This document shows positions 29,181 through 38,470 of a stretch of 64,000 bases of DNA, piece by piece. How positions within the stretch are numbered: position 1 is the first letter of the stretch; every line of letters starts with the position of its first letter. The stretch is from Candidatus Bathyarchaeota archaeon (lineage in GTDB: Archaea; Thermoproteota; Bathyarchaeia; Bathyarchaeales; Bathycorpusculaceae): contig CAVZIW010000003.1 in assembly GCA_963775465.1 (NCBI GenBank), forward strand, positions 332,205 to 396,204, in the 5' to 3' direction. The position numbers and the translations under genes are program-made. Below the pieces are notes generated by a model. It did not search any database. It saw only the letters and a program-made list of their open reading frames with translations, and was not told the DNA's origin.

Positions 29181-31511
29181 TTAGTCTGTTGGAAATTGTA
29201 CAGTAAATGTTGTGCCTTTGGATTCTTGGGTTTCGAAACTAATGCTGCCACCTATGGCTTCTGTCATTCTTTTAACTACAGCTAATCCAAAGCCTTGACC
29301 TTTGGATTTGGTTGTTATCAAGGGCGTAAACAGTTTGGCTTGGACTTGTTGAGGTATTCCTTCGCCAGTATCTTGGATGGTTATTTTGATTTGCTTTTTC
29401 TCACTTGTTGTCTTTATTGTAAGGTTGCCTCCGTTAGTCATTGCTTGAACTGCATTCTGGATTAGATTAACTAATATGCGTTTTAGCATAGTTGAATCTG
29501 TATTTAGAAGAGGCAAATTATTTTGGGTTGCAACTTCAACAACAATGTTTGCGGGTACTTTCACTATGTTTAAAGAGTCTTTGATTGCTTGTTCGACTTC
29601 CACATGTTCTTTCTTAGGATTTAGTGGTCTAGCGAAATCTTGTAGGTCGGCTACAATCTTGTTTATGTAAAACACGTTTTCTTCAATGCTGCTGATGCTT
29701 TCTTGCAGGTTTTGTTTAGCCTTGCCGTCCGGTAAAGATTCGATATCTGATCTTTCCAAGTATAACTCGCTGATCATGGCTTGTAGTGGGTTACGAATGT
29801 CATGACCTACCATACCTGCCGTTTGACCGATAGCGGCTAACCGTTCAGAGTCTCTGAGTTTTTGCGCTCTTTCTTCAGCTAGATCCTCCATTCTGGAAGC
29901 ATATTCTTCGACTTCAGAGGCTTTAATTTCAAGTTTTGATTGGAGATCTTTTTGTTTTTGGAGGGATTTAGCCAATTTAAGGTTGGAATAGCTTAGTTTT
30001 GAGATCATATCGGATAGTTTAGAGTAGAAAGCCATCAGGTCTTGGACTCTTTTTTTGTCAAATCGTGGAATGCGGTCAAATGCTTCCAAGTATTCTTTTT
30101 TGTTAAAGTCGTATTTTTCTGCTTGCGAGGCGAACAAGTCTCTGTTGACTTTTTCGTCGTCGAAGAAAAATTGGCCGAAGAATACATTTCCAACGTGTTT
30201 ATCACCCATAAACAGTGGTGTCACTGCGTCCCACAAGTTGTTTTTGCATTTGTAGAGCTGGATTTCGCCTTTTTTTAGCCCACTTGATAGCTCCAGATCG
30301 CTCTCGATGCAGTTTTTGCATGTTAGGGGGTTGACTCGATGGAATTTGGTGCAGATGTCTTGCCAGCCTGTGCCTGCAAGCACATTCCCTTTGAGATCTA
30401 TGAGTGCAAATCCCATGTTTGTAACGTCGAAGAGCAGGTTCATCATTGCTTGTAACGGTGGCACGTCAATTATATTGGTCAGTTCTTCTTCGCCTAATTC
30501 GACGTTGGGTGAAAGTACAGAGTTTAGCTTTAGTTGTAGTTGTTCTTGGCTTTCTTTTAGGGCTTCTTGGGTAGTTTGGCGCTCTTTTATTTCTGTTTCT
30601 AGATTTTTGTTAGCTTCAGTTAATTCTTCAGCTCGGATTTCTAAAGCTTGCTCGTTTTGTTTTAGGTTTCGAAATAGCAGTTCATAGGGTCTAGTGAGTC
30701 CTGTTTCGACAAGTGCTCTGTAGATGAAATAGAATGAAAGAACTTCAAGAAGATGTCCCGCTATGTTTGCGATCCCGTAAACATCAACGTAGAGTGTGAA
30801 GGCCATTTCAGTGGCGATTGCCAATGCTGTGCCTAAAAGGAGCAGTTTGAAAACGTGATCGCTGAACTCTTTTCGATTCTTTATCAATAAACCTATGGAA
30901 ATCAGAATCAGTATTGAGATTGCGTATTCACTTGCTATCTTAAAAGTTGTTAACCCAACGTCGTCAATGTATGCTAAGGGGAAGTTTTTCCAATAGAAAA
31001 TAGAACCAACCAGTATAACCGAAACTGCGAAATAACCGATAGCGATGAAGGATGGTTTAATCTTTCGTTTTATAAGTAATAGAGAAATTATTAAAGTAAA
31101 TGCAAGTATGTATCTTGTGACAATCCAAAGTTGAGTTGCTAAGTTAGAACCTGGGAACCCTGGAAACAGGTTCATTCCCTTGTAGGCTAATGTGTGGAGA
31201 AGGTCAAAACCTGCGACAAAAAGGAAGGCTATGCCTATGAATAGGAAGAAATTGCTGTCTACCATGCGTCTGCTGTTCCACGCAATGGTGAAGATGGAAA
31301 AGGCAATTACGATGGTGAAGATTTCTACAGCGTTATGGAACAGTAGATAACTGTAGTTGCTGAGAAGGTACAGACCTACGAGTATTAGCATAATAGCGAT
31401 GACGGTTATTGAGTTTCTGAGATAGATTGCTTTTGTGGATTTCTGTGCGTTTCCATTTGGATTGTCGCTTTGCACTTGAGCTTCATCAAAACCCGCTTCT
31501 TGTGTTGTCAT
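29181..31511 (-). CDS. Sensor histidine kinase MASE3-PocR-HisKA-HATPase
   Basis: YLLFHNAVE/DLLHTLAY (MASE3), WQDICTKFHR..C...YKC (PocR), GHDIRNPL, NAVQA, DTGEG, GFGL. Confidence 0.92.
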   Translation of the reverse strand: MTTQEAGFDEAQVQSDNPNGNAQKSTKAIYLRNSITVIAIMLILVGLYLLSNYSYLLFHNAVEIFTIVIAFSIFTIAWNSRRMVDSNFFLFIGIAFLFVAGFDLLHTLAYKGMNLFPGFPGSNLATQLWIVTRYILAFTLIISLLLIKRKIKPSFIAIGYFAVSVILVGSIFYWKNFPLAYIDDVGLTTFKIASEYAISILILISIGLLIKNRKEFSDHVFKLLLLGTALAIATEMAFTLYVDVYGIANIAGHLLEVLSFYFIYRALVETGLTRPYELLFRNLKQNEQALEIRAEELTEANKNLETEIKERQTTQEALKESQEQLQLKLNSVLSPNVELGEEELTNIIDVPPLQAMMNLLFDVTNMGFALIDLKGNVLAGTGWQDICTKFHRVNPLTCKNCIESDLELSSGLKKGEIQLYKCKNNLWDAVTPLFMGDKHVGNVFFGQFFFDDEKVNRDLFASQAEKYDFNKKEYLEAFDRIPRFDKKRVQDLMAFYSKLSDMISKLSYSNLKLAKSLQKQKDLQSKLEIKASEVEEYASRMEDLAEERAQKLRDSERLAAIGQTAGMVGHDIRNPLQAMISELYLERSDIESLPDGKAKQNLQESISSIEENVFYINKIVADLQDFARPLNPKKEHVEVEQAIKDSLNIVKVPANIVVEVATQNNLPLLNTDSTMLKRILVNLIQNAVQAMTNGGNLTIKTTSEKKQIKITIQDTGEGIPQQVQAKLFTPLITTKSKGQGFGLAVVKRMTEAIGGSISFETQESKGTTFTVQFPTD

Positions 31512-31644
31512 ATCTTTTAGGGTGCTCTCCGGTTGGCGAATGTTGACTCCACTAAACGTTTTGAGGTTTAAAAACATGTACAAATATTTTTGAATAGCCT
31601 TATTTCGTGGGTGTAGGTAGATTAAGGAACTTTAGGTTTTATGG

Positions 31645-32412
31645 CTAATATTTTTGGAGTAGGTCTTCGAAAAAGATTTTGGTTTTGGCGATTTCTTCTG
31701 TAGAAGTGTTGTGGTTAAGCTCTAATGTTATGGGACCATCATAACTGTAGCTGTGCAGGGCGTTTAGGAAATTTGTTAGTTCTGAGGTTGTTTTTATAAA
31801 GGGTTTGTGGGATTTGTTTGCCATATGTACGTTGCAGACTCGTTTGCCATAAGCTTCTAATAAGCTGTCCATTACTTTTGTTTCTAATGCGTGGCACAAA
31901 TCAAAGGTTATGCCCATCTCACCTTTTGGGTCGATGACGCCCAGTACCTCATCTATTTGTTCAACGTTTTTTCCAAACCCCGTTGAGTTAAACGACAAAT
32001 TCTCCAATGACAACTTTACTCCCAATTTTTCAGCAAATGGTTTGATCTCCCCATAAATTTCCCTTAAACATCTCTCTCTAACTCGGGTTGTTAGCTTTTT
32101 CGAGATGTTTGAGTGAACAGTCATTAACGGCGCGTTGAGGGCTTTTGCGCATTCAAGTGAAATTTTGCCATAATAAACAGCTTGATGTACCTCTATTGGG
32201 TCTTTCACATGTAGAACTGCTGCGTGATGGGTTATACAGTTCAAGCCTGAGGTGGATAGCGCTTTTTGTTCGCGGTAAACGTCTGTGTCGTGTTCTTTTT
32301 TTATTGATTTCATGTTAAACTCTATGTTTTTAAACCCGAGTTTTTTTGCGGCGTTGAAATTTTCATTTATCGGGAGTTTGCTGAAGATTCCGTTGGATAA
32401 ACTTAACTTCAA
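31645..32412 (-). CDS. Sugar phosphate isomerase/epimerase (xylose isomerase-like TIM barrel)
   Basis: LGF..IE, LEN, FDLCH, VH, TLE motifs. Confidence 0.85.
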   Translation of the reverse strand: MKLSLSNGIFSKLPINENFNAAKKLGFKNIEFNMKSIKKEHDTDVYREQKALSTSGLNCITHHAAVLHVKDPIEVHQAVYYGKISLECAKALNAPLMTVHSNISKKLTTRVRERCLREIYGEIKPFAEKLGVKLSLENLSFNSTGFGKNVEQIDEVLGVIDPKGEMGITFDLCHALETKVMDSLLEAYGKRVCNVHMANKSHKPFIKTTSELTNFLNALHSYSYDGPITLELNHNTSTEEIAKTKIFFEDLLQKY

Positions 32413-32514
32413 TGTGTAGCATCCACCGTTTATGTGTGGGAATTGTTGCTAAAATTGTTATTTGGTCTGCGGAAGGTTAATTTCTCTATTTTCTTATAGT
32501 TGCATTGATGTCTA

Positions 32515-32805
32515 GTGGAAGTCAAAATTCGTTTTTTTACTAATCTTAGAGAAATTGTGGGTAATCGTGAAGAGACTCTAACGTTTGCTCAAGCTGAGCC
32601 TGTTACAGTTAATTTTGTTCTTCATGTTCTATCTGAAAAATATGGTTCCCGGTTCACTGATTACTTATACGCTAGTACGGGGCAACCGAAGAATTTTTTG
32701 CAGTTTCTTGTTAACGGAGTAAGCGTGTCTACTTTAGATGGCTTTGAAACTTCTCTTAAAGATGGCGATGTCTTGGCGATTTTGCCCCCTGTCGGTGGGG
32801 GCTGA
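32515..32805 (+). CDS. MoaD/SAMP ubiquitin-like sulfur carrier
   Basis: FF..LRE, LVNG, DGDVLAILPPVGGG. Confidence 0.92.
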   Translation: MEVKIRFFTNLREIVGNREETLTFAQAEPVTVNFVLHVLSEKYGSRFTDYLYASTGQPKNFLQFLVNGVSVSTLDGFETSLKDGDVLAILPPVGGG

Positions 32806-32854
32806 AGCATAGCTTTTTGGAAGTGCTTTAATTCAACAACTGCATAGGCTTTAG

Positions 32855-33433
32855 GTGGCGAATGCTTTGCGAGAGTTCCTGTTGTTTTCACGTCTTGGCC
32901 AAACCAGTCCCAACTTTGACAGCTTGCATGATGCTGGAAGATTGGATATTGTGCATGAATGTATAGTTAGCAGCTTATTTTTTTCTCATGGTTTACGCAG
33001 AAACGTAACTTTTCATGCTATTCTAAATGGCGCTCCAAACCCTCCTCTGCATATTGAAATCGATGGCAGAGCCCTCTATGACGTTAGAACTGATATGGAT
33101 ACTTGGAAGCAAATCCTTAAAAAAACAATGGCGGGTAAGCCTCACCCAGGTCTTACGTCCAAAAGATCCGGTTTCGAGGTTTTATTGAAGGAGCGAGCTC
33201 AAACTCACGAGATCTACGTTTTGGAAGAGGATGGTAAAGACATTTCTTGTTTTGAATTTGGCGAAAACTGTCTGTTTATCCTCGGTGACCATGTAGGGCT
33301 GCCTAAAAAAGCTGAAACGTTCGCTTTGCGTTACGGCGAAAAAATAAGTCTGGGAAAACAACCATACCTTGCCGCGTCTTGTATCACGATTATTAACTAC
33401 GTTTTGGATCAGCAAGCTAAATCGGGCTCTTGA
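32855..33433 (+). CDS. trmY: tRNA (pseudouridine54-N1)-methyltransferase
   Basis: GRLD, SHGLRR, LEEDG, FILGDHVG, ISLG..YLAA.CI SPOUT motifs. Confidence 0.88.
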   Translation: MANALREFLLFSRLGQTSPNFDSLHDAGRLDIVHECIVSSLFFSHGLRRNVTFHAILNGAPNPPLHIEIDGRALYDVRTDMDTWKQILKKTMAGKPHPGLTSKRSGFEVLLKERAQTHEIYVLEEDGKDISCFEFGENCLFILGDHVGLPKKAETFALRYGEKISLGKQPYLAASCITIINYVLDQQAKSGS

Positions 33434-34421
33434 AATGCTCCCATCCGCGCGCCTCAACCGCCTGACGTTTGCCATCGGCGGTTAGGAATATGCCTTGTTT
33501 GCTGGTTGCTTTTCCAATTCTCAAGAGTTGCCCACCAACTGCTTCTACAGCTTCTTTTGCAACTTTCCACATCTCTGGTTTTACAGTAACTATTATCTCG
33601 TATTCTTCTCCGCCGTAGAGAGCCAACTCTAAGGCTTCGATTCTATTTGTTAGTGCAAACTCGACGACTTCCTCTGCAATTGGAATATTGTCTATCTCAA
33701 AACCAATCTTGCTTAGTTGAGCGATTTCATGTAGGCTCCATGCTAACCCGTCACTCGAATCTATTGATGCAGTGACTGCGCCGCATTTAGAAAGTGCTAA
33801 TCCTTCCTTCAACCTTGCCTGGGGCAAAAAGACGGATCTTAGCAGTGTCTCTCGCGATTTTTTATCAGCATTGCAGTTTTTGTCTTGAAGTAAACGTATT
33901 CCTGCTGAAGGTTTGCCAAAAAAACCTGTAGCTGCCAAAATATTGCCCTCTTTGCTGCCGTTTCGCAACATCAACTTGGATTTTTTTGCTATGCCGAAGA
34001 GTGAGATTGATACAATGAAGTCTGAAGCCTCGTTTGTATCTCCGCCAATTACGTAGGTGCCGTATTCTTGGGCGCCGGCATCTAAACCGCGGGCAATTTC
34101 TTTTATGTCTTTTTGTGTAAATTTCCTGGGAAGTCCCAAAGCAACAAGAGCTGCAGACGGTTGCACGCCTTTGGAAGCAAAATCGCTTACGTTCATGACG
34201 ATTGCTTTTCTTGCGGCTTGGTAGAGGCTCATCTTTTTTGGTACATCAGTTTTGCTTACGAGCATGTCGGTTTTGAGGACCGCGACCGTTTCTTTATCGA
34301 TGTTTATTGCTGAAATGTCATCTCCAAAAGGCACAGGCATGTTTGGTAGAGTTAGGTTTTTTTGTATGATTTGGATGATTTTGTGTTCTCCTAACTTTGT
34401 GGTGTTTTTTTTGTGTTTCAT
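33417..34421 (-). CDS. thiL: Thiamine-monophosphate kinase
   Basis: FGDD, NVSDFASKG, GGDTNE, IDSSDGL, GGEEYE, GWEHF. Confidence 0.94.
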   Translation of the reverse strand: MKHKKNTTKLGEHKIIQIIQKNLTLPNMPVPFGDDISAINIDKETVAVLKTDMLVSKTDVPKKMSLYQAARKAIVMNVSDFASKGVQPSAALVALGLPRKFTQKDIKEIARGLDAGAQEYGTYVIGGDTNEASDFIVSISLFGIAKKSKLMLRNGSKEGNILAATGFFGKPSAGIRLLQDKNCNADKKSRETLLRSVFLPQARLKEGLALSKCGAVTASIDSSDGLAWSLHEIAQLSKIGFEIDNIPIAEEVVEFALTNRIEALELALYGGEEYEIIVTVKPEMWKVAKEAVEAVGGQLLRIGKATSKQGIFLTADGKRQAVEARGWEHFKSPI

Positions 34422-34512
34422 GTTCGCTGCGCCTTTGTTGTTCTGATTGTGTGATTTATGTTTGGGTTTGTGAAGATTTAAAAATTGGTGTTTCCTTGTT
34501 TAGCATCTTGGT

Positions 34513-34589
34513 GCCCCGATGGCTCAGCCTGGTAGAGCGGCTGCCTCGTAAGCAGCAGGCCGCGGGATCAAAGCCCGCTCGAGGCTCCA
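34513..34589 (+). tRNA. tRNA-Thr(CGT), encoded CCA
   Basis: GCTC-AGCCTGGTA-GAGC D arm, GCTGC-CTCGTAA-GCAGC, GCGGG-ATCAAAG-CCCGC; TTTAAAAA about 30 nt upstream. Confidence 0.9.
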
Positions 34590-34696
34590 TAATTTTTACT
34601 ATTGCGTATTTGTGTTGTGCAGTTGGGTTGTTTTTTTTGTGCTTGACAAAGTTTATTAAATGTTGCGATACAAGAGGATTGTGAAGGAAACGTCGG

Positions 34697-35032
34697 ATGC
34701 ACCTTTTTTCCCACGGTTCGGAGGAAAAACTCCATTGCCCATACAAAGGCTGTGAAAAAAACTTTGAAAAGCCAACCGTGATTACGGATACGTCAACTAT
34801 TCCTCGACAGAATCATTACGCTTGTCCATTTTGTATGTCAAAACTGGAGATTATTACTGAGAAAGAGAAAATTGTTGGAGTTAAAGCAACTGAGTATCCA
34901 ACTGTTTTTGATTCTCCAGCTAAATGTGCGCATTTTAGTGGGCTTCTTAATGCGCCACCTGGATGTGGATTAACTTTGGATGAATGCTTGATTTGTCCCA
35001 AAGTGCTTCAATGTGACAAACGCAGAAAATAG
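34697..35032 (+). CDS. Cys-rich putative zinc-finger protein
   Basis: CPYKGC, CPFC, CAHF...ECLIC..C. Confidence 0.7.
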   Translation: MHLFSHGSEEKLHCPYKGCEKNFEKPTVITDTSTIPRQNHYACPFCMSKLEIITEKEKIVGVKATEYPTVFDSPAKCAHFSGLLNAPPGCGLTLDECLICPKVLQCDKRRK

Positions 35033-35252
35033 GGTTAGTTGCAATAAATGTTTTAATTAACATAGGTTTGTGCAAAGCTGATTGGAAAATTGTTTATAGA
35101 GTGCTTTCTGTTAGAGATTGCAAATTATAATATGTTTAAAGATGTATCGCACCAAGGGAGCATATTTATAGCATATTTATTGAAAAATGGCTTCTATTTC
35201 AGAACAACATTCATATCCTCTTCTAGTTTCTTAACCAAAACAGGTGAAACCA

Positions 35253-35378
35253 ATGGCTAAATGTACTAGTTGTGGAAATGAAGTTGAAAAACCTTCAAAA
35301 GAACTAGGTAATGATTCTTTTACTGTAGAAGAGTATTTTTGCTCTAACTGCCATAATTGGTTTAAGATTGTTAGATAA
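35253..35378 (+). CDS. 41-aa zinc-ribbon micro-protein
   Basis: AGGTGA SD; MAKCTSCGNEVEKPSKELGNDSFTVEEYFCSNCHNWFKIVR; below ORF-track cutoff. Confidence 0.8.
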   Translation: MAKCTSCGNEVEKPSKELGNDSFTVEEYFCSNCHNWFKIVR

Positions 35379-35415
35379 CTACGAAACTAGCCTCAGGTTT
35401 CAGCTGGTTTGCTAC

Positions 35416-35748
35416 TTATCTTAGATATCTCTGCCATCTTCGAGCAGGAAGAAGGAATTGGTTTTCCTTGTTTAACGCTCTTATAATTGATTTAGCAAAT
35501 TCAGAATTACCCTTTTTTGATGGAACAATCAACTGCAACTCTTCTTCAAACTGGATATAACCCATTAGATTTTCAACTTTAGTCACCAAAGCAAGCAAAC
35601 TATCAACTTGAGATGTATCCATGCCAGCTTCAATGCATATGCAGATGAAAGGATACCTTTCACAATCAGCAATGGAAGCCAACAAAGACACTTGACTTTC
35701 AAGTTTCTTAAGCCTAACATCAAAATCTATTGAATCCATAAAACCCAC
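35416..35748 (-). CDS. YhaI/DUF1878-like protein
   Basis: RLKKLE.QV.LL...D.ERYPF....E.G pattern recalled from Bacillus YhaI. Confidence 0.5.
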   Translation of the reverse strand: MGFMDSIDFDVRLKKLESQVSLLASIADCERYPFICICIEAGMDTSQVDSLLALVTKVENLMGYIQFEEELQLIVPSKKGNSEFAKSIIRALNKENQFLLPARRWQRYLR

Positions 35749-35805
35749 TCCTATTCTAAGTCAAATTTCAAATCAATTTAATACTTTTGGGAATCACACT
35801 CTAAA

Positions 35806-35896
35806 CTATTCATAGCCAAGGTTGGGGCATTTCTCAGCTTTAGAATCTATCTTAGCTTTACATTGTGGACAAAACTTTGTATTTCTTTTTTAACAA
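35806..35896 (-). pseudogene. Degenerate zinc-ribbon micro-gene
   Basis: GAAGGAG SD + TTG; with one A removed from an A6 run it reads MLKRNTKFCPQCKAKIDSKAEKCPNLGYE (last Cys lost). Confidence 0.5.
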
Positions 35897-36022
35897 TTGG
35901 CTCCTTCACAATAAGACCCAAAATACTGTTCAACTTGTTTTAGTTAAAAGGTTTTAGTTAACGTATATGAGATAGTCTCCATTTGAAGCCTCTAAAATCA
36001 GTCCCAAACTGAAGGATTACAG

Positions 36023-36455
36023 ATGAAGTATAAATGTGTTAAATCTGTGTGTGAGGTTTGTGGTAAAGTCTCTACTATTCAGTTATTTTTCAGAAGCATC
36101 GGAGAGTTAGCGTATGGCAGAGCTAGACACTATTTAGGTAAGAAGGAAGATAAACCTCAGTTTGAGATATCATCCTCAAAGCATAGAGACTCTGAAAACT
36201 TTATTAAAAACACAATCTATCTCTGTGACTACTGAAAAGGCTAATGATGGTCATATAGGTCACCTGCAGAATGATGACCAACTTGAGCATGAAAATAGCC
36301 TTAAACAGCAAAATAGTTGGGGCCATCGGCTAGCTTGGTCTAGGCTTGTAGACTTGGGCTCTATAGACTCCGGTTCAAATCCGGGTGGCCCCACCATATC
36401 ATTTCTGGATTTAACCCTGAATCGTCTTCTTCAAATCAAATTGGATGATTCATAA
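36023..36455 (+). pseudogene. Frameshifted CxxC/His protein reading through tRNA-Pro; possible split-integrase N-fragment
   Basis: ORFs 36023-36235 and 36162-36455 join by removing one base near 36167 (QFE-YHPQS). Confidence 0.45.
36319..36396 (+). tRNA. tRNA-Pro(TGG), encoded CCA
   Basis: GGGGCCA/TGGCCCC acceptor, GTAGA-CTTGGGC-TCTAT, CCGG-TTCAAAT-CCGG. Confidence 0.93.
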
Positions 36456-36659
36456 GTGTGGAAATTGCTAGAAGAAACATCGACTGTTCTTATCTATAAC
36501 TTTTAAGTGGTATGACGCTGTTTTGAAACAGTTTTTTTGCTTTTCTAATTTAACTATGGCCGATCTGGAATCTGCAAATTTGATATGCTAAATTTTGAAA
36601 TGTGTTTTATAGCAAGTTTTATCTTGTTAGATTTTTATTTATTAAAAGGGGAACATTTG

Positions 36660-36805
36660 TGACTAAGGAGAAAGCGAAAATTAGGATTATTTTTTTACCT
36701 TTTGCAATTGTTTTTTGGGGGTTGGGCTGGTTTTTGAGTTCTGTCGGTGAAAAAAAGTCAAAGAAAGCAAGTGTTAGCTTTTCTCATTTTTCGAGAAAGC
36801 ATTAA
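36660..36805 (+). CDS. Small single-TM protein
   Basis: AGGGG SD before GTG 36660; IIFLPFAIVFWGLGWFL.SVG. Confidence 0.45.
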
Positions 36806-36898
36806 TCCAAAATCTGTTTACCAAATTTGTTGTGTCTTTTTGTAATCACACATATTCTTATTCGTTAATTTGTTAATAGTTAAGAGGAGAATGAAATA

Positions 36899-37105
36899 AT
36901 GACTGTTGTGAAAATAGTTGAGTTAATTGGGACTTCACCAAATAATTGGGAGGAAGCTGTTAAGAATGCTTTGGCGCAGGCGGCAAAGACAATTAAAAAT
37001 ATCAAGTCTATTTATGTTAAAAGCTGCAAAGCAACGGTAGAGAACAACAAAATTGCAGAATACCGAGCTGTAGTCAAAATAGCTTTTGTCGTTGAAGGCA
37101 GTTAA
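36899..37105 (+). CDS. Dodecin family protein
   Basis: KIVELIGTSPNNWEEAVKNA..A.KT...YR..KIAF; GAGGAG SD. Confidence 0.92.
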   Translation: MTVVKIVELIGTSPNNWEEAVKNALAQAAKTIKNIKSIYVKSCKATVENNKIAEYRAVVKIAFVVEGS

Positions 37106-37382
37106 GATACTGCTATACTGTTCCTTTTATGCTCCTCGAACTAACTGTTTCAGTTTTGTCTGTGGTACTTTTTGTTCATTAAGGTAGGTGACTATGAACT
37201 TTGGGTTACCCAAGGTTTAGCTGTAACTTTGTTTGAAAGAACGTAGTTTCTGATTAATTGTTAGAATTTTGTTCCTTAGTATCTGCTTATGGGACCATTT
37301 ATATTTAGAAAAAGCTTGTTTTGGTGCGATAATCTTCTAAATTATTATAGTTGAAGAACTATGCATCTTTAGGGACGATAAT

Positions 37383-37643
37383 TTGACGAGTGATTATGAG
37401 CCTAAACGTTTTGCTGTTAATTTAGATAACTTGGATTTTGCTAAAATCAAGCGGGTGGGCGATAAAGTTATGCAAATGTTAAACAAAAAAGTGAGTAATC
37501 CGGTTGAGGCATACTTTCTTCTTAAATTGTTGTGTTTCTCCATTGAGGCTTCTGAAGGTTTTAAGTTGATGCCTGAAGACGAGGAAAGATTGCGGGAACT
37601 TTGTTTTAAGCCATCAGGGACTGATTTAAAAGATACTCCTTGA
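37383..37643 (+). CDS. Hypothetical protein
   Basis: 86-aa ORF with helical composition. Confidence 0.5.
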   Translation: MTSDYEPKRFAVNLDNLDFAKIKRVGDKVMQMLNKKVSNPVEAYFLLKLLCFSIEASEGFKLMPEDEERLRELCFKPSGTDLKDTP

Positions 37644-37863
37644 TATGGTGTAAAAATGATAAACGGGTAAGAGTTGTGTGGATATGCAAGTGTGATGGCG
37701 AGCCACCAATGCATTCCCTCTTAACCCAAACTGTGGTAAGGTAGTTTTTAGTCTAAAGCTTTGTGAAGCTTGAATTCATATTAGCAATCAGTTTGACGAA
37801 AAATTAGATTTTTGCTGATAGATTAGCGTTTTGTTGTTTTGTGTTTTTGAAGATTAGGAGGTT

Positions 37864-37927
37864 GGGTCAGCGACGATTGACGATTTCTCACAGCCTAGGG
37901 CTCGAAGCCGTCGCCTCACATCATCCC
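37864..37927 (-). ncRNA. Box C/D methylation guide sRNA
   Basis: GGG-ATGATGT(C)-GAGGCGACGGCT-TCGA(D')-...-TGTGA(C')-GAAATCGTCAATCGTCG-CTGA(D)-CCC; terminal GGG/CCC stem. Confidence 0.75.
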
Positions 37928-38312
37928 GCGCTTAATTTGATGTAGGGGCGGATTTATCTATTTTGGGTTCGGGATAAAATATTGCAAAGATTAAAGAATA
38001 AATGTCAATTACGAAACAACTTGGTTTATGAATCTTGAGCTCGGGTGTTGCGGTTTTGGCGGCTTCTGATTTTAATATTACGGCTTTATTTGAATATGCT
38101 GGTATAGATTGTTGGATTTGTGCTGTCTTGTCTGGTTTGGTTGCATTGCAGTTGCACTTTGTCCCAATAGTTATTCTTGAGGTGCAGGGTACAGAGCTGC
38201 GAATATTGATAGAACTATATCAAGTGTGTTTTCTTTTTTGTTAAATTATGTTTCTCAAAAAGAGTACAAAAAATAGTGCACAAAACATGTTTTTCTTGGG
38301 AGCTTGTTGAGC

Positions 38313-38348
38313 GATTAACGTCAGTTGACGAATCTAAATGTTTAAACT
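38313..38348 (+). promoter_or_regulatory. Palindrome plus TATA box of the micro-peptide gene
   Basis: GATT-aa-CGTCA-gt-TGACG-AATC immediately upstream of TTTAAACT. Confidence 0.45.
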
Positions 38349-38401
38349 TACGTAAGAGCAGGGTATCCTAAATGCTGTTTCGTTGGAGGTGAAAAGGTTA
38401 C

Positions 38402-38470
38402 ATGATATTCGAAGAAGATGAGGAATGGGAAGAGGGCGAAGATGAGGAATGGGAAGAAGAAGAATGGTAA
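38402..38470 (+). CDS. 22-aa acidic Trp-repeat micro-peptide MIFEEDEEWEEGEDEEWEEEEW
   Basis: GGAGGTGA SD (38385-38392) 9 nt before ATG, TATA upstream, T-rich tract downstream. Confidence 0.75.
   Translation: MIFEEDEEWEEGEDEEWEEEEW

Noticed and set aside
34397-34746. ORFs 34397-34684 and 34456-34746
   Set aside because: Overlap tRNA-Thr; no protein-like features
36243-36292. C/D-like pattern ATGATGG...ATGATGA...ATGA upstream of tRNA-Pro
   Set aside because: No CTGA D boxes or terminal stem; lies in the coding frame of the 36023 pseudogene
38035-38244. 69-aa hydrophobic ORF
   Set aside because: No SD or motif; composition mirrors local G/T skew
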